From positions 4,665 through 68,664 of the forward strand of contig DASPXX010000275.1 of the NCBI GenBank assembly GCA_035637095.1: a DNA stretch of 64,000 nucleotides, written 5' to 3'. This stretch comes from Thermoanaerobaculia bacterium. GTDB lineage: Bacteria > Acidobacteriota > Thermoanaerobaculia > Multivoradales > UBA5704. Of the stretch, positions 44,011 through 53,040 are shown piece after piece; within the stretch, counting starts at the first letter, position 1; each line of letters begins with the position of its first letter. The notes under the pieces are model-generated. The model was given only the letters and a program-made list of their open reading frames with translations. It did not search any database and was not told the DNA's origin. A program made the translations under genes and the position numbers.

Positions 44011-44950
44011 CGACGTCCTCCTTGGGCGACACCGCTCTCAGGCCGACATCGGCCCAGCCACGGTGAAGCCCCCGAATGTAATGGTACCGGAGCACCTCTT
44101 CCCAGAGTTTCGGTACACGCACAGGAAGATTTTGCAAAGTGCGGACCAGGCGTTCCCGCCATCTCTGGGGAGGCTCCGGCGGAAGCGGCGGAGGTCCCTC
44201 GGGACCGATCCCGAGGAACGGTCCCAGCTCCGGATGGAGCCGGTAGAAGACGACCGCGCAGTACCCCGCCTTCTCCTGCCGGGAGGCGAAGCGGGCCAGG
44301 TCGGTCGGATGGTCGTGCGCCACGCTGGCCGATTTCTCGTAGACGAGCCGCAACCCTCGCCTTTTCAAGCGGTAGGAGACTTCGATGTCCTCCCAGGCCG
44401 GATAGGGAAAGCGCAGGTCGAACGGCTCGGCGAGCAGCAGATCGCGGTGCAGCGACAGGTTGGAGGTATAGAAGAAGTTGAATGGGACGTCCTCCGGGTC
44501 CTGGATCAGGGCGTACCCGAACTGGAGCCCGTGCTCATTGATGTAGCGCAGAAACGGGTTGAGGCGCATCCGTTTGTGCCATCCAGTATAGCCGATCACG
44601 GCGACCTGGAGGGCGTCGCCATGGCGCCGGTGGGCCTCGCGATGGGCCGCCAACCATCCACCGCTCGGGACGGTGTCGTCCCCCAAAAAGGCCACCCACT
44701 GCCCCTGGGCTACGATCACCCCGGTATTCCTGGCCGCGGCCGGCCCCCGGTTCTCCTGAGTGAGGACGCGCAGGGGGAGGCGGAACGAGCGGCTGCGCAG
44801 CCACTGGCCGGTGCCGTCGGTCGATCCGTCGTCCACCACGATAACCTCGAAAGGCGGTGCCTCCAGCTGGAACTCCAGAGCCTGGAGCACCTCAGCCAGA
44901 ACCTCCAGCCGGTTGCAGGTCGGAATGACGACCGAGACCTCGTACGCCAT
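43976..44950 (-). CDS. family 2 glycosyltransferase
   Basis: VSVVIPTCNRLEVL...FEVIVVDDGSTDGT is the GT2 N-terminal signature. Confidence 0.9.
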   Translation of the reverse strand: MAYEVSVVIPTCNRLEVLAEVLQALEFQLEAPPFEVIVVDDGSTDGTGQWLRSRSFRLPLRVLTQENRGPAAARNTGVIVAQGQWVAFLGDDTVPSGGWLAAHREAHRRHGDALQVAVIGYTGWHKRMRLNPFLRYINEHGLQFGYALIQDPEDVPFNFFYTSNLSLHRDLLLAEPFDLRFPYPAWEDIEVSYRLKRRGLRLVYEKSASVAHDHPTDLARFASRQEKAGYCAVVFYRLHPELGPFLGIGPEGPPPLPPEPPQRWRERLVRTLQNLPVRVPKLWEEVLRYHYIRGLHRGWADVGLRAVSPKEDVDDHATSNRTAS

Positions 44951-44996
44951 GGAGACAGCTTACCCCAGGGTGGCTGGATACGGGGCCGGTCGACGG

Positions 44997-46439
44997 TCAG
45001 GGAGGCGGTGCCGTCGCTGCCGGTGTCCTGGGACCCTGAGGCAGGGAGGGGCCTTGCCCGAATTCCGGGTGTGGGAAGCCGAGTGGGAGATCGAACGGAG
45101 CCACCTGCGCGTTGCCGATACCGACAGTCCACCTCGAGGCGGCCATCAGGGGTTGGTCGCCGATCCGCGCGGGCTCGAACCGCCAGGAGCAGACGGACAC
45201 CAGCGCGTTCATCGCCACCATCCGCTCCATCGGGGTGTCCCAGGTCGCCAGCAGGTTTTGCTGCTGCTGGTTGGACAACAGGACCGGTTGGCGGACATGG
45301 CCGTTGGAGTCGATGATCCCCGCCATCAAGAGGCGCTCTGAAATCGGCGTGCGGACCCCCCGCAGAGTCACGCGCTTGGCCTTCTTCAGAGCCGGCGGTG
45401 TCCTGCGAGCGGCCGGATCGCCGTCGTCCAGCACGAGGCCCCAACGGTTCGCCTCCAGCAGAGCGCCGGCCGCTCCATAGGCGGCGAGGTCGGCATGATA
45501 GAGGTCCGGGTCCAGGTGCTGGGCCGCCTGCCAGTGACAGATCGCCTCGTCGCGCGCGCCGAGACCGGCTTCGGCCAACGCCCGCAAGGTGAGGAAGAGG
45601 CCCATGTCTTTCCACCCGAGCGAGCCATCCAAAGCGGTCCAGAGCTTTTCGCCTTTTCTGTCCGCTTCCTTCCACCGGCCCGCGCGGAGCAGACCGTCGA
45701 GCTCCGCGACCTCCTGCCGGCTGGAATGCGCGATCTCGGACAAGGGCTTTTCGGCGACGGGATTGAGGGAGAACTGGTAGAAGACCGCCACCGGCCGGCC
45801 CTCCTTGCGGGCCGGCTGGAAGCGCCAGTTGCGCACTGCTTCCAGCACTTCGAGGGACATGCCGGGCAGGCTCGCCCCCAGGAGAACCGGATCGCGTGGC
45901 CGGCCTTCCGCATCGATGATCAGCTGGGCACAGATCCACAGCGGCACCGACAGGGACCGCAGGGCCTGCGAGAGCTCCGGGAGCTCACCCGCGGTCCTAC
46001 GGGGCGGCTCGACCGCTCCTCCCAGGCTGTGGACCTCGAGACCGGGAGGAGCTTGCCCGGCCGGCCGCAGGGGATGGCGGCTCAGCAGCTCGCCCGGAGC
46101 GCCAAACGTGCGCAGGGTCGCTTCCGGCAGGATGTCGCGATCGAGGCCCTGGGCCATCTGCCAGTGCCAGACAGCCTCCTCGCGGCCGAGCCCCGCCTCG
46201 GCCAGCGCGAGCCGCGCCAGGCCGGCGGCCAGCACGCTCGCCGACAAGCTCCGCCGGGAGCGCGCGATCTCCAGGCGAGCGGCCTCTTCCGCACGGCTCC
46301 ACTCTCCAGACCGTAACAGCCCGTCAATCCCGGCGAGCCGGCCGGCCAGGCTGTCCGGCGGGGGTTCGGTCCCCGCCGCGAGGGAAATGGGGAGAAGGGC
46401 GATCAGCAGGATCAGGATCAGTCCTCGCGGGCGCTTCAT
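44997..46439 (-). CDS. secreted protein with internally duplicated (TPR-like + TonB-C-like) modules
   Basis: Signal peptide MKRPRGLILILLIALLPISLAAG. Two copies of WHWQ(M/A)AQ(G/H)LD...(RNWRFQPARKEGRPV / CSWRFEPARIGDQPL), resembling the TonB C-terminal domain. Confidence 0.65.
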   Translation of the reverse strand: MKRPRGLILILLIALLPISLAAGTEPPPDSLAGRLAGIDGLLRSGEWSRAEEAARLEIARSRRSLSASVLAAGLARLALAEAGLGREEAVWHWQMAQGLDRDILPEATLRTFGAPGELLSRHPLRPAGQAPPGLEVHSLGGAVEPPRRTAGELPELSQALRSLSVPLWICAQLIIDAEGRPRDPVLLGASLPGMSLEVLEAVRNWRFQPARKEGRPVAVFYQFSLNPVAEKPLSEIAHSSRQEVAELDGLLRAGRWKEADRKGEKLWTALDGSLGWKDMGLFLTLRALAEAGLGARDEAICHWQAAQHLDPDLYHADLAAYGAAGALLEANRWGLVLDDGDPAARRTPPALKKAKRVTLRGVRTPISERLLMAGIIDSNGHVRQPVLLSNQQQQNLLATWDTPMERMVAMNALVSVCSWRFEPARIGDQPLMAASRWTVGIGNAQVAPFDLPLGFPHPEFGQGPSLPQGPRTPAATAPPP

Positions 46440-46491
46440 GGCTTTGATTGTATCGAAACCCGTCCTGCCGGGTCTGCGCCGGTCGCCTGGC

Positions 46492-46624
46492 TCACGGTCG
46501 CGATCCTGTGGGCCGAGACCCTTTAGACCAGTCGACCAGGCGAAGACTCACGCCAGATGCCTTGGTGAGCCCCTCGAAGTCGCGTTTGTTTCTAGTCACC
46601 AGCGGAAGCTGGCGCGACACCGGC
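46492..46624 (-). pseudogene. C-terminal remnant of a PIN/VapC toxin
   Basis: The frame immediately after the RHH gene reads ...QLPLVTRNKRDFEGLTKASGVSLRLVDW..., the typical VapC C-terminus (LvTrN.rDF). No N-terminal PIN portion or start codon is present. Confidence 0.35.
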
Positions 46625-46903
46625 TCACTGCTCCGGCTCTTTGAGCTTTCGGGTCAGCAGGGGAAGATCCGAAGCAGGGATGTCCTCAAAGCTGGCGGCT
46701 GCCAGGGCGAGGATCTCGGTGGGGCTCGGAGCGATATCAACGTCCTCCCCGTAGTGCCGGCGCAACAAGGCAATCACCTGTCCCTCGAAGCTCCGCCCAC
46801 ACCTCTCCGCATCTGCCGCGATCTTGTCGCGGAGCCCGGCGGGAAAGCGGATGGTGCGGGCGATTGCGGTTACCTGCGCGTGGGCAACGGCTGAGCGGCT
46901 CAT
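46625..46903 (-). CDS. ribbon-helix-helix (Arc/CopG-like) antitoxin-type protein
   Basis: 92 aa from ATG 46903. TIRFPAGLRDKIAADAERCGRSFEGQVIALLRRHYG is RHH-like. Confidence 0.6.
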   Translation of the reverse strand: MSRSAVAHAQVTAIARTIRFPAGLRDKIAADAERCGRSFEGQVIALLRRHYGEDVDIAPSPTEILALAAASFEDIPASDLPLLTRKLKEPEQ

Positions 46904-47044
46904 AACCGGAAAGATACCAGATTGGTGGGCTCGCCGGCAAACCGGGCGACTGAGGCAGACAGAGCGGCTGGGAGGAATTCGTGCGGCCCCGCGACCGACG
47001 AACGTGGAAAAACCCGTCACACCCGGCTTGCGTAGAAGAGTCCT

Positions 47045-47872
47045 ATGAGCCAGACACCGGGGAGAGAGCTCGTCAAATTCTTCGTCCTGTCCTACGCCGT
47101 CACCTGGGTCTTCTTCGTCACCGTCGCGACGGTCATCCCCGCCAGCACGCCTCTCGGAGCTCTGCTGGTGCTCCTGGGAGCCTTCGCCCCCTCCATGGCG
47201 GCTCTCTGGCTCACTGCACGGGACGAGGGAAGTGACGGCGTGCGCGCCCTGCTCGGCCGCGTGCTCCGTTGGCGCGTCGCTCCACGCTGGTACCTGTTCG
47301 CCGTCAGCTATATTGCCGTCATCAAGCTGACCGTCGCGCTCCTCCACCGCGTGACCACCGGCGTGTGGCCGCGCTTCGGCACGGACCCGTGGTACCTCAT
47401 CCCACTGGCGATCGCCTTTTCGACTCCCTTCCAGGCGGGAGAGGAGATCGGCTGGCGCGGCTATGCGCTGCCCCGCTTGGCGGAGCGCTTCGGGCTCGCC
47501 CGCGCGAGCCTCCTGCTGGGAGTGATCTGGGCCTGCTGGCACCTGCCGCAGTTCTATATCGCCGGAGCGGACACGAACGGACAGTCGTTCTTTGTCTTTC
47601 TGTTCGAGGTCGTCCCGATGTCCGTCGCGATGGCGTGGCTCTATGCGCGCACCAACGGAAGCCTGCTGCTCGTGATGCTGCTGCACGCGGCCGTGAACAA
47701 CTCCAAGGACATCGTCCCCTCGGCGACACCGGGCGCAACGAACCCGTTCACGCTGAACGCGTCCCCGGTCGCATGGCTCACGGTCGCGATCCTATGGGTT
47801 TGCGCGGCGTACTTCCTTGTGCGGATGCCGCAGTGGCCGCCGGGCACGTCAGTCATTCGACCTTCGGCCTGA
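47045..47872 (+). CDS. CPBP-family intramembrane glutamic endopeptidase (CAAX protease-like)
   Basis: Motifs GEEIGWRGY, WACWHLP, LHAAVNN. Multi-TM. Confidence 0.9.
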   Translation: MSQTPGRELVKFFVLSYAVTWVFFVTVATVIPASTPLGALLVLLGAFAPSMAALWLTARDEGSDGVRALLGRVLRWRVAPRWYLFAVSYIAVIKLTVALLHRVTTGVWPRFGTDPWYLIPLAIAFSTPFQAGEEIGWRGYALPRLAERFGLARASLLLGVIWACWHLPQFYIAGADTNGQSFFVFLFEVVPMSVAMAWLYARTNGSLLLVMLLHAAVNNSKDIVPSATPGATNPFTLNASPVAWLTVAILWVCAAYFLVRMPQWPPGTSVIRPSA

Positions 47873-47908
47873 GGCGCCGCGACGATGACCCTGCACACCC
47901 AGGCGATG

Positions 47909-48349
47909 TCCCGGGAGGTCGGCTCGATGCCCCGAGACTCCGAGGCATCATCCCGGGACGTTGGCTCACTGTCCTGGGACGCCGGGGTGACGTCCCGGAG
48001 CTTCAGCCCAGCGCTCCGAGACTCCGAGGCATCATCCCGGGGCATTGGCTCGGTGCTCCGGGACGCTGAGGTGATGTCCCGGAGCTTCGGCTCAGTGCCC
48101 CGGGACGCCGAGGCATCATCCCAGGGCGTTGGCTCAGTGTCCTGGGGCGCCGAGGTGATGTCCCGGGATGTCGGCCCAGTGCCCTGGGACTCCAAGGCAT
48201 CGTCCCGGGGCGTTGGCTCAGTATCCTGGAACGCCGAGGTGATGTCTCGGGACATCGGCCCAGTGCCTTGGGACTCCGGGGCATCGTCCCGGGGCATTGG
48301 CTGAGTGCTCCGGGACGCCGAGGCGATGCCTCGGAGCACTGAGCAGTGG
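47909..48349. repeat. tandem array, ~21 units of 21 bp (42-bp higher-order unit), palindromic cores
   Basis: Units alternate between TCCCGGGrygTTGGCTCaGTG and yCCyGGGACGCCGAGGyGATG. GTCCCGGGAC-type palindromes recur. It fills the convergent gap between the CPBP and desaturase genes. Several frames on both strands are stop-free. Confidence 0.9.
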
Positions 48350-48405
48350 GAGACGTCCCGACGGCGGTGGACCCGGTTGGTTCGTGGTCACGGACTGGGA
48401 CGTCT

Positions 48406-49524
48406 CTACGGCAGTCCGATCGTTTCTGGGGCTTTTCCATCCGCACTCCCGAGCACCTTCATCCACCTGAGGTGGGCCAGGAAGGCCCCTGTGATCGTCC
48501 TGTTCTCCCGGTAGGAGAGTCCGTACTCCTCGGCAGTCGATTTGACGATCTTCGTCAACGCCGGGTAATGGACGTGGCAAATCCCGGGAAACATGTGGTG
48601 GATCACGTGGAGGTTGAGGCTCCCCAGAACCCAGGTGGCGAACCGGTTGTCCCGGGCATAGTCGACCGTCGTGTCGAAGATGTGATTGATGTAGTCGTTG
48701 GAGATGTGACCTTCCTCGTCAGCTTCGGGGAAAGACGACTCCTCGTTGAAATGGTTCGGCTGAAAAATGAGCGCGAGGGTAAAACCAAGGAAAAAATGCA
48801 TCACCACGAACCCGAGGACGACCGAGTACCAGGGCACGCTGAGATAGAGCAAGGGGAGAACCAGCATGTAGGTGTAGTAGAAGGATTTGCCGGCGAACAG
48901 GAGAATGAGCTCACCGAGTGGGTGTTGTACGACCTTCCGATTGCCGAATCTTTGCTGGAAGAGCCAGCGGTAGTCCTTGGCCAGGACCCAATCGAGCGTG
49001 GACAGACAGTAGAGAAAAGGGGCATAGAGATGCTGGTAGCGATGAAACGGCCTCCTCGCGTCATGAGGGGAAAACCTGAACATGTTACCGGACACGAGCG
49101 TCGTATCGGCCCCGCGAACGTTGACGAAGGAATGATGCGAATCATTGTGCATCAGGCGCCACATGTAGGAGCTCCCGCCGACCAGGTCGAAGACACATCC
49201 CAAGGCTCTGTTGACCCGTCTGCTCTTTGAATAGGCCCCATGGTTGGCGTCATGGGCGATGTTGAACGCCATGTAGACCTGCCCGACCCCGTGCAACACA
49301 TACACGCCGACCACCTCCAGGGATGAAAACCGGCCGGTCATGAGCCAGACATAGGTGCCAATCCACAAGGCGAAGCCGAGGACCGTCTTCGAGATCATCT
49401 CCAGATTGGCGTGCCTCGAGATCCCCCGATCCTGGAAGTAGTCGTCGACTCGTTGCGACACCGCTTTGCTGAAGCCCGATGAAGTGACTTTGTGCTTGAA
49501 CTTGAACTGCCTGTTCTCAGCCAT
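48406..49524 (-). CDS. membrane fatty-acid desaturase
   Basis: Three His boxes: HDANH, HNDSHH, HVIHH. Multi-TM. Confidence 0.92.
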   Translation of the reverse strand: MAENRQFKFKHKVTSSGFSKAVSQRVDDYFQDRGISRHANLEMISKTVLGFALWIGTYVWLMTGRFSSLEVVGVYVLHGVGQVYMAFNIAHDANHGAYSKSRRVNRALGCVFDLVGGSSYMWRLMHNDSHHSFVNVRGADTTLVSGNMFRFSPHDARRPFHRYQHLYAPFLYCLSTLDWVLAKDYRWLFQQRFGNRKVVQHPLGELILLFAGKSFYYTYMLVLPLLYLSVPWYSVVLGFVVMHFFLGFTLALIFQPNHFNEESSFPEADEEGHISNDYINHIFDTTVDYARDNRFATWVLGSLNLHVIHHMFPGICHVHYPALTKIVKSTAEEYGLSYRENRTITGAFLAHLRWMKVLGSADGKAPETIGLP

Positions 49525-49763
49525 GTCGAAATCCTAGCAGCGCACAAAGGCGGGCCGGCAGGTTTCCCCGACAGGGTGTATGCTTCTTCATACGCTCCCG
49601 GCGCCCGGAGGCCCGCCCCCGCAGTCCTCCTGACGGTGGCAACTTCTTGATCTCCTGAGGGTTGCGGCGATCCGGCCGATTTGCGGGGAGGACGGCATCC
49701 GGCTTGCGCTCTCCGGCCGGTACGTTGCGGGCATGCGGTCCGCTCCGGACGAGGAGAAAGACC

Positions 49764-51164
49764 ATGACGTTCGAAGTCCGACCCTCCGTGCTGCGGCGGG
49801 TCCTGTTCGGAGCGCTCCTGCTGCTGGTGGCTCTTGCGTCGCAGGCGCAGGAGGAGGCTCCCCGTTTCCTCCTGGAGAGGATCACCGTCGAAGGACCCCG
49901 CGAAGCGGCTGGACGCATCATCAAGGCGGAGACGCTGCTCAAGGAGGGGGCAACTTATACCGAGACCGAGCTGGCGCAGGCGGTGGCCCGCGTCCACCGG
50001 CTCCCCTTCGTCCTCGACGCCCAATTCTCCCTGCGCAAGGGCAGCACGCGCGGCGCCTACGAGCTGCTCGTCGAGGTCACGGAGGCCCGCCGCTTTCTCT
50101 TCGAGCACACCGTCGGCCTCTATACCCTGGCCGAGCCGCTCAACCTCGACAAGACGATGGGCGAGGCCCACAGCTGGTCCGTGACGCTCCCCGGCTTGGT
50201 CGGTTACCGCCAGTTCATCGGCCGGTCCGGCGTCGTCTTCGCGGCGCTGGACAGCACAGAGGGGGTGCAGGTGGGATTCACCCGCTACGACCTCTTCGGC
50301 CGCGGCATCGTGGCGAGCGCCGGGTACTCAGGCCTGCCGCCGAATTTCTGCTGCACGTCCGAGGTCCTGCCCTACGGTCTCGATCCGACCTTCGTCTTCT
50401 GGGACTGGAGAAATTCCGCGCGCCGGCTCTCGGCCGAGGTCGGCGTTCCCCTGAGCGCGAAGGACGCCATCCGGTTCGACTGGAGCCGGCGGGATGGCGA
50501 GGGCTCGAGCCGCCATGAGGTCCTCGCGAGATTCCGCGCGAGCGGCTCCTTTCTCGACCTGGCCAACGATGTCGATGCGACGCTCGACCGCGCCGAGCTG
50601 AAGTGGGTCCGGGACACGAGCGACGATCCGGTGGTGCCCTCCCGGGGAGTCACGCTGAGCGGCGGTCTCGAATGGAGCTCCTTCGAGACCGGACCTCTCC
50701 GGCACATCGTGGCCGTGGACGGCGATCTCATCGAGGAGACCATGAGGGCGCAGCGGTCGCAGGAGATCGCGGCCGTGGTCTCCGCGGCCCGGCACTGGCC
50801 GATCACCCCGCGCCAGACGGTCTCCAGCCTCGGCCGCCTCTCCTTCGGCCGGGCGTACCTGCACAACCTCCCCACGGCCGAGGGAGCTTCCCTGGACAAA
50901 GACGTCGACGTCTTCGGCGGCTCGCTGGGTCTTCAGCACAGGGTACGGCTGAAGCAGTCCCGGGGCCATGGCGGCTTCGGCGATACCTATCTGGAGAACC
51001 GGATCGAGCTCGGGATCGAGTCGACCTCACCCGACCTGCACCTGTCGCAGACACCCAACCCCCTGGAGCGGCTGGAGCTCTCGACCGCTCTGGTGTTCCG
51101 CAGCGTCTGGGGCCGGCTCCGGCTCATGGTGTCGTACCTGGACGTGGGGGAGGTGCTGCGATGA
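49764..51164 (+). CDS. POTRA-domain outer-membrane beta-barrel protein (ShlB/FhaC/BamA-like)
   Basis: ATG 49764 follows GAGGAGAAAG. Signal peptide. POTRA-like text ...ITVEGPREAAGRIIKAETLLKEGATYTETELAQAVARVHRLPFV... followed by a beta-barrel. Confidence 0.7.
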   Translation: MTFEVRPSVLRRVLFGALLLLVALASQAQEEAPRFLLERITVEGPREAAGRIIKAETLLKEGATYTETELAQAVARVHRLPFVLDAQFSLRKGSTRGAYELLVEVTEARRFLFEHTVGLYTLAEPLNLDKTMGEAHSWSVTLPGLVGYRQFIGRSGVVFAALDSTEGVQVGFTRYDLFGRGIVASAGYSGLPPNFCCTSEVLPYGLDPTFVFWDWRNSARRLSAEVGVPLSAKDAIRFDWSRRDGEGSSRHEVLARFRASGSFLDLANDVDATLDRAELKWVRDTSDDPVVPSRGVTLSGGLEWSSFETGPLRHIVAVDGDLIEETMRAQRSQEIAAVVSAARHWPITPRQTVSSLGRLSFGRAYLHNLPTAEGASLDKDVDVFGGSLGLQHRVRLKQSRGHGGFGDTYLENRIELGIESTSPDLHLSQTPNPLERLELSTALVFRSVWGRLRLMVSYLDVGEVLR

Positions 51165-51826
51165 GGGGGGCCCTCACCCCCTTGATGTCCTTGGCGTCCT
51201 TGGTGTCCTTGCTCTGCGCCGCCCCCCTCCTCGCCGCCGGACCCGTGCTGCAACCCGAGGGCTCCTGGGTCGTGCTCGCCGGCTTGCCGCCGCTCCTCGA
51301 GCGGGCGGACGTGCGCAAGCAGCTCGACAGCGGCTTGACCGCCACTCTCGCCTTCGAGGTGCGGACGACCGGAGCCTCGCCGCAGAAGCTGCGCGGCGGC
51401 GCCCGCGTGGACGTCCGCTACGAGCTGTGGGAGGAGGTCTATCTGGTGACCCGCCTCGATGCCTCGGGGAAGCGCGAGCATCTCCGTTTCGACTCCTTCG
51501 AGAAGCTCGGCCACTGGTGGCGGGAGGCGCGCCTGCCGGTCCTCCCGCTCCCTCGCGTCGCGGCCCGCTGGCCGGCCGAGGTGCGGCTCCAGGTCATCCC
51601 CTTCTCCCAGGCCGAGCAGCAGGAGACCCAACGCTGGCTCACCGAGTCGATGTCTGGCGACAGTGACGGCGGCGGCAACGCGGGCGCGGTGTCGCAGGCC
51701 CTGGAGGACCGCCCGGCGTCCTTCTCGCAGGTCCTCCAACTGCTCATGGCCACCTCGATCGGCCGGCCGGCCCTCTTCGAGCAGGAGTGGAGCCTCGCTT
51801 TCATCACGGGAGCGGCGAAGCGGTGA
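51161..51826 (+). CDS. secreted hypothetical protein (DUF4390-like by context)
   Basis: ATGA overlap with the upstream gene and GTGA overlap with the downstream HK. Signal peptide present. The family call is tentative. Confidence 0.55.
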   Translation: MRGALTPLMSLASLVSLLCAAPLLAAGPVLQPEGSWVVLAGLPPLLERADVRKQLDSGLTATLAFEVRTTGASPQKLRGGARVDVRYELWEEVYLVTRLDASGKREHLRFDSFEKLGHWWREARLPVLPLPRVAARWPAEVRLQVIPFSQAEQQETQRWLTESMSGDSDGGGNAGAVSQALEDRPASFSQVLQLLMATSIGRPALFEQEWSLAFITGAAKR

Positions 51827-53040
51827 CCTGGCGCTCGGCCGTGCTGACCCTCGCCGGGATTCTGGTGGCCACCGCGGCCGCCCTCTGGCTGTTCGAGCGG
51901 CAGATCTCGGCCGCCTGGTTCCGGCTCGGCCTGCAGCCGGAGCTCCTCGCCACCCTGGAGAGCTCGCTGGAGGATCAGAAGCAGCTCGCCCGTCTCGATC
52001 CGGCCCGCCGGGCCGAGTACCACCGGCGGTTCGAGACGACGCGCGGGCTCCTGCAGCACCTCCAGATCCTGGAGCACAACCGGCGGGAGATCCTGCAGCG
52101 CTACGAGATGGTCCTCCTGACCCTGGTCGGCGGCGTCCTCGTGGTCGCCGGCACGGTCCACCTCGTGCGTCAGGGACGGCGGGAGCGGCGGATCGCGCGG
52201 CTGCGCGACGCCCTCTCCCAGCTCTCTTCCGGCCGCGACGACGTGGTGGTCGGCGACCGCGGACGCGACGTGCTGGGGCGGATCGCCGCGATGATCGAGG
52301 AGACCTCGCGCATCATCGCGCGCGACCGCCGCCGCCTGGCCGCCCTCCAGAACCTCTCCGGATGGCAGGAGACGGCGCGACGCCACGCCCACGAGATGAA
52401 GACACCGCTCACCGCCGCGCGCCTGGAGCTGGCCCGCCTGCAACAGCTCGCCGGAGGGGAGGCCCCGCCGCCGTCCGACGAGGTGCGCCAGGTGGCGGGG
52501 AGCGTCGTCGAGGAGCTCGACCGCCTCGGCCGTTTCGCCCAGGAGCTCACCGGGTTCGCCCGCCTCCCCCGTCCGCGCCGGGAGCGCCACGACCTGGGCA
52601 AAGTGGTGGCCGACTTCGCCGGCACCTTCGCCGCGGCTTGGCCGAACCTGGATCTGCGTCTGGAGCAACGCCCGGAGGACGGAGACTTCACCGTGGAGGT
52701 GGACCGCGAGATGCTGCGCCGCGCCCTGGTGAACCTCTGCGACAACAGCTCGCTCGCCCGCAAGGAGGGAAGGGGAACGGTGACCCTCCGCCTGGACGGC
52801 ACGCCGCGCGACGTCGTCCTCGACGTCTCCGATGACGGTCCGGGAATCCCGGACGAGGTCCGGCCGCGCGTCTTCGAGCCGTATGTCACGACCCGCCAGC
52901 CGGGCGAGGGGATGGGCCTCGGCCTGCCCATCGCCAAGAAGATCCTGCTCGATCACGGCGGAGACCTGGAGCTGCGGCGAACCTCGCCGGCAGGCACGAC
53001 GTTCCGGCTGCTGCTGCCGAGGCCGGAGGGAGCTTCGTGA
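51823..53040 (+). CDS. sensor histidine kinase (NtrY/AtoS-like)
   Basis: Two TM segments plus a HAMP-like region. H-box HEMKTPLTAA, N-box LVNLCDNS, DDGPGIP, GMGLGLPIAKK. Confidence 0.9.
   Translation: MTWRSAVLTLAGILVATAAALWLFERQISAAWFRLGLQPELLATLESSLEDQKQLARLDPARRAEYHRRFETTRGLLQHLQILEHNRREILQRYEMVLLTLVGGVLVVAGTVHLVRQGRRERRIARLRDALSQLSSGRDDVVVGDRGRDVLGRIAAMIEETSRIIARDRRRLAALQNLSGWQETARRHAHEMKTPLTAARLELARLQQLAGGEAPPPSDEVRQVAGSVVEELDRLGRFAQELTGFARLPRPRRERHDLGKVVADFAGTFAAAWPNLDLRLEQRPEDGDFTVEVDREMLRRALVNLCDNSSLARKEGRGTVTLRLDGTPRDVVLDVSDDGPGIPDEVRPRVFEPYVTTRQPGEGMGLGLPIAKKILLDHGGDLELRRTSPAGTTFRLLLPRPEGAS

Noticed and set aside
47909-48349. CRISPR array interpretation of the two periodic arrays (also 63359-63779).
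   Set aside because: The units are contiguous 21-mers with no unique spacers of comparable length, and no cas genes are in the window.
47885-48446. ORFs spanning the first tandem array (47885..48304 +, 47641..48339 -, 48003..48446 -, 47269..48069 +) as possible heptad-repeat proteins.
   Set aside because: Four mutually overlapping frames are open only because the 21-bp unit lacks stops. None has a convincing SD or start, and two of them overlap the well-supported CPBP gene. I kept the region as a DNA repeat rather than a CDS.
49637-49651. TGGCAACTTCTTGAT as a sigma-54 promoter upstream of the POTRA operon.
   Set aside because: The -12 element is shifted by one base and reads TTGA rather than TTGC. 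The weaker-looking but correctly spaced GGCAT-N6-TTGC at 49693-49708 was retained instead.
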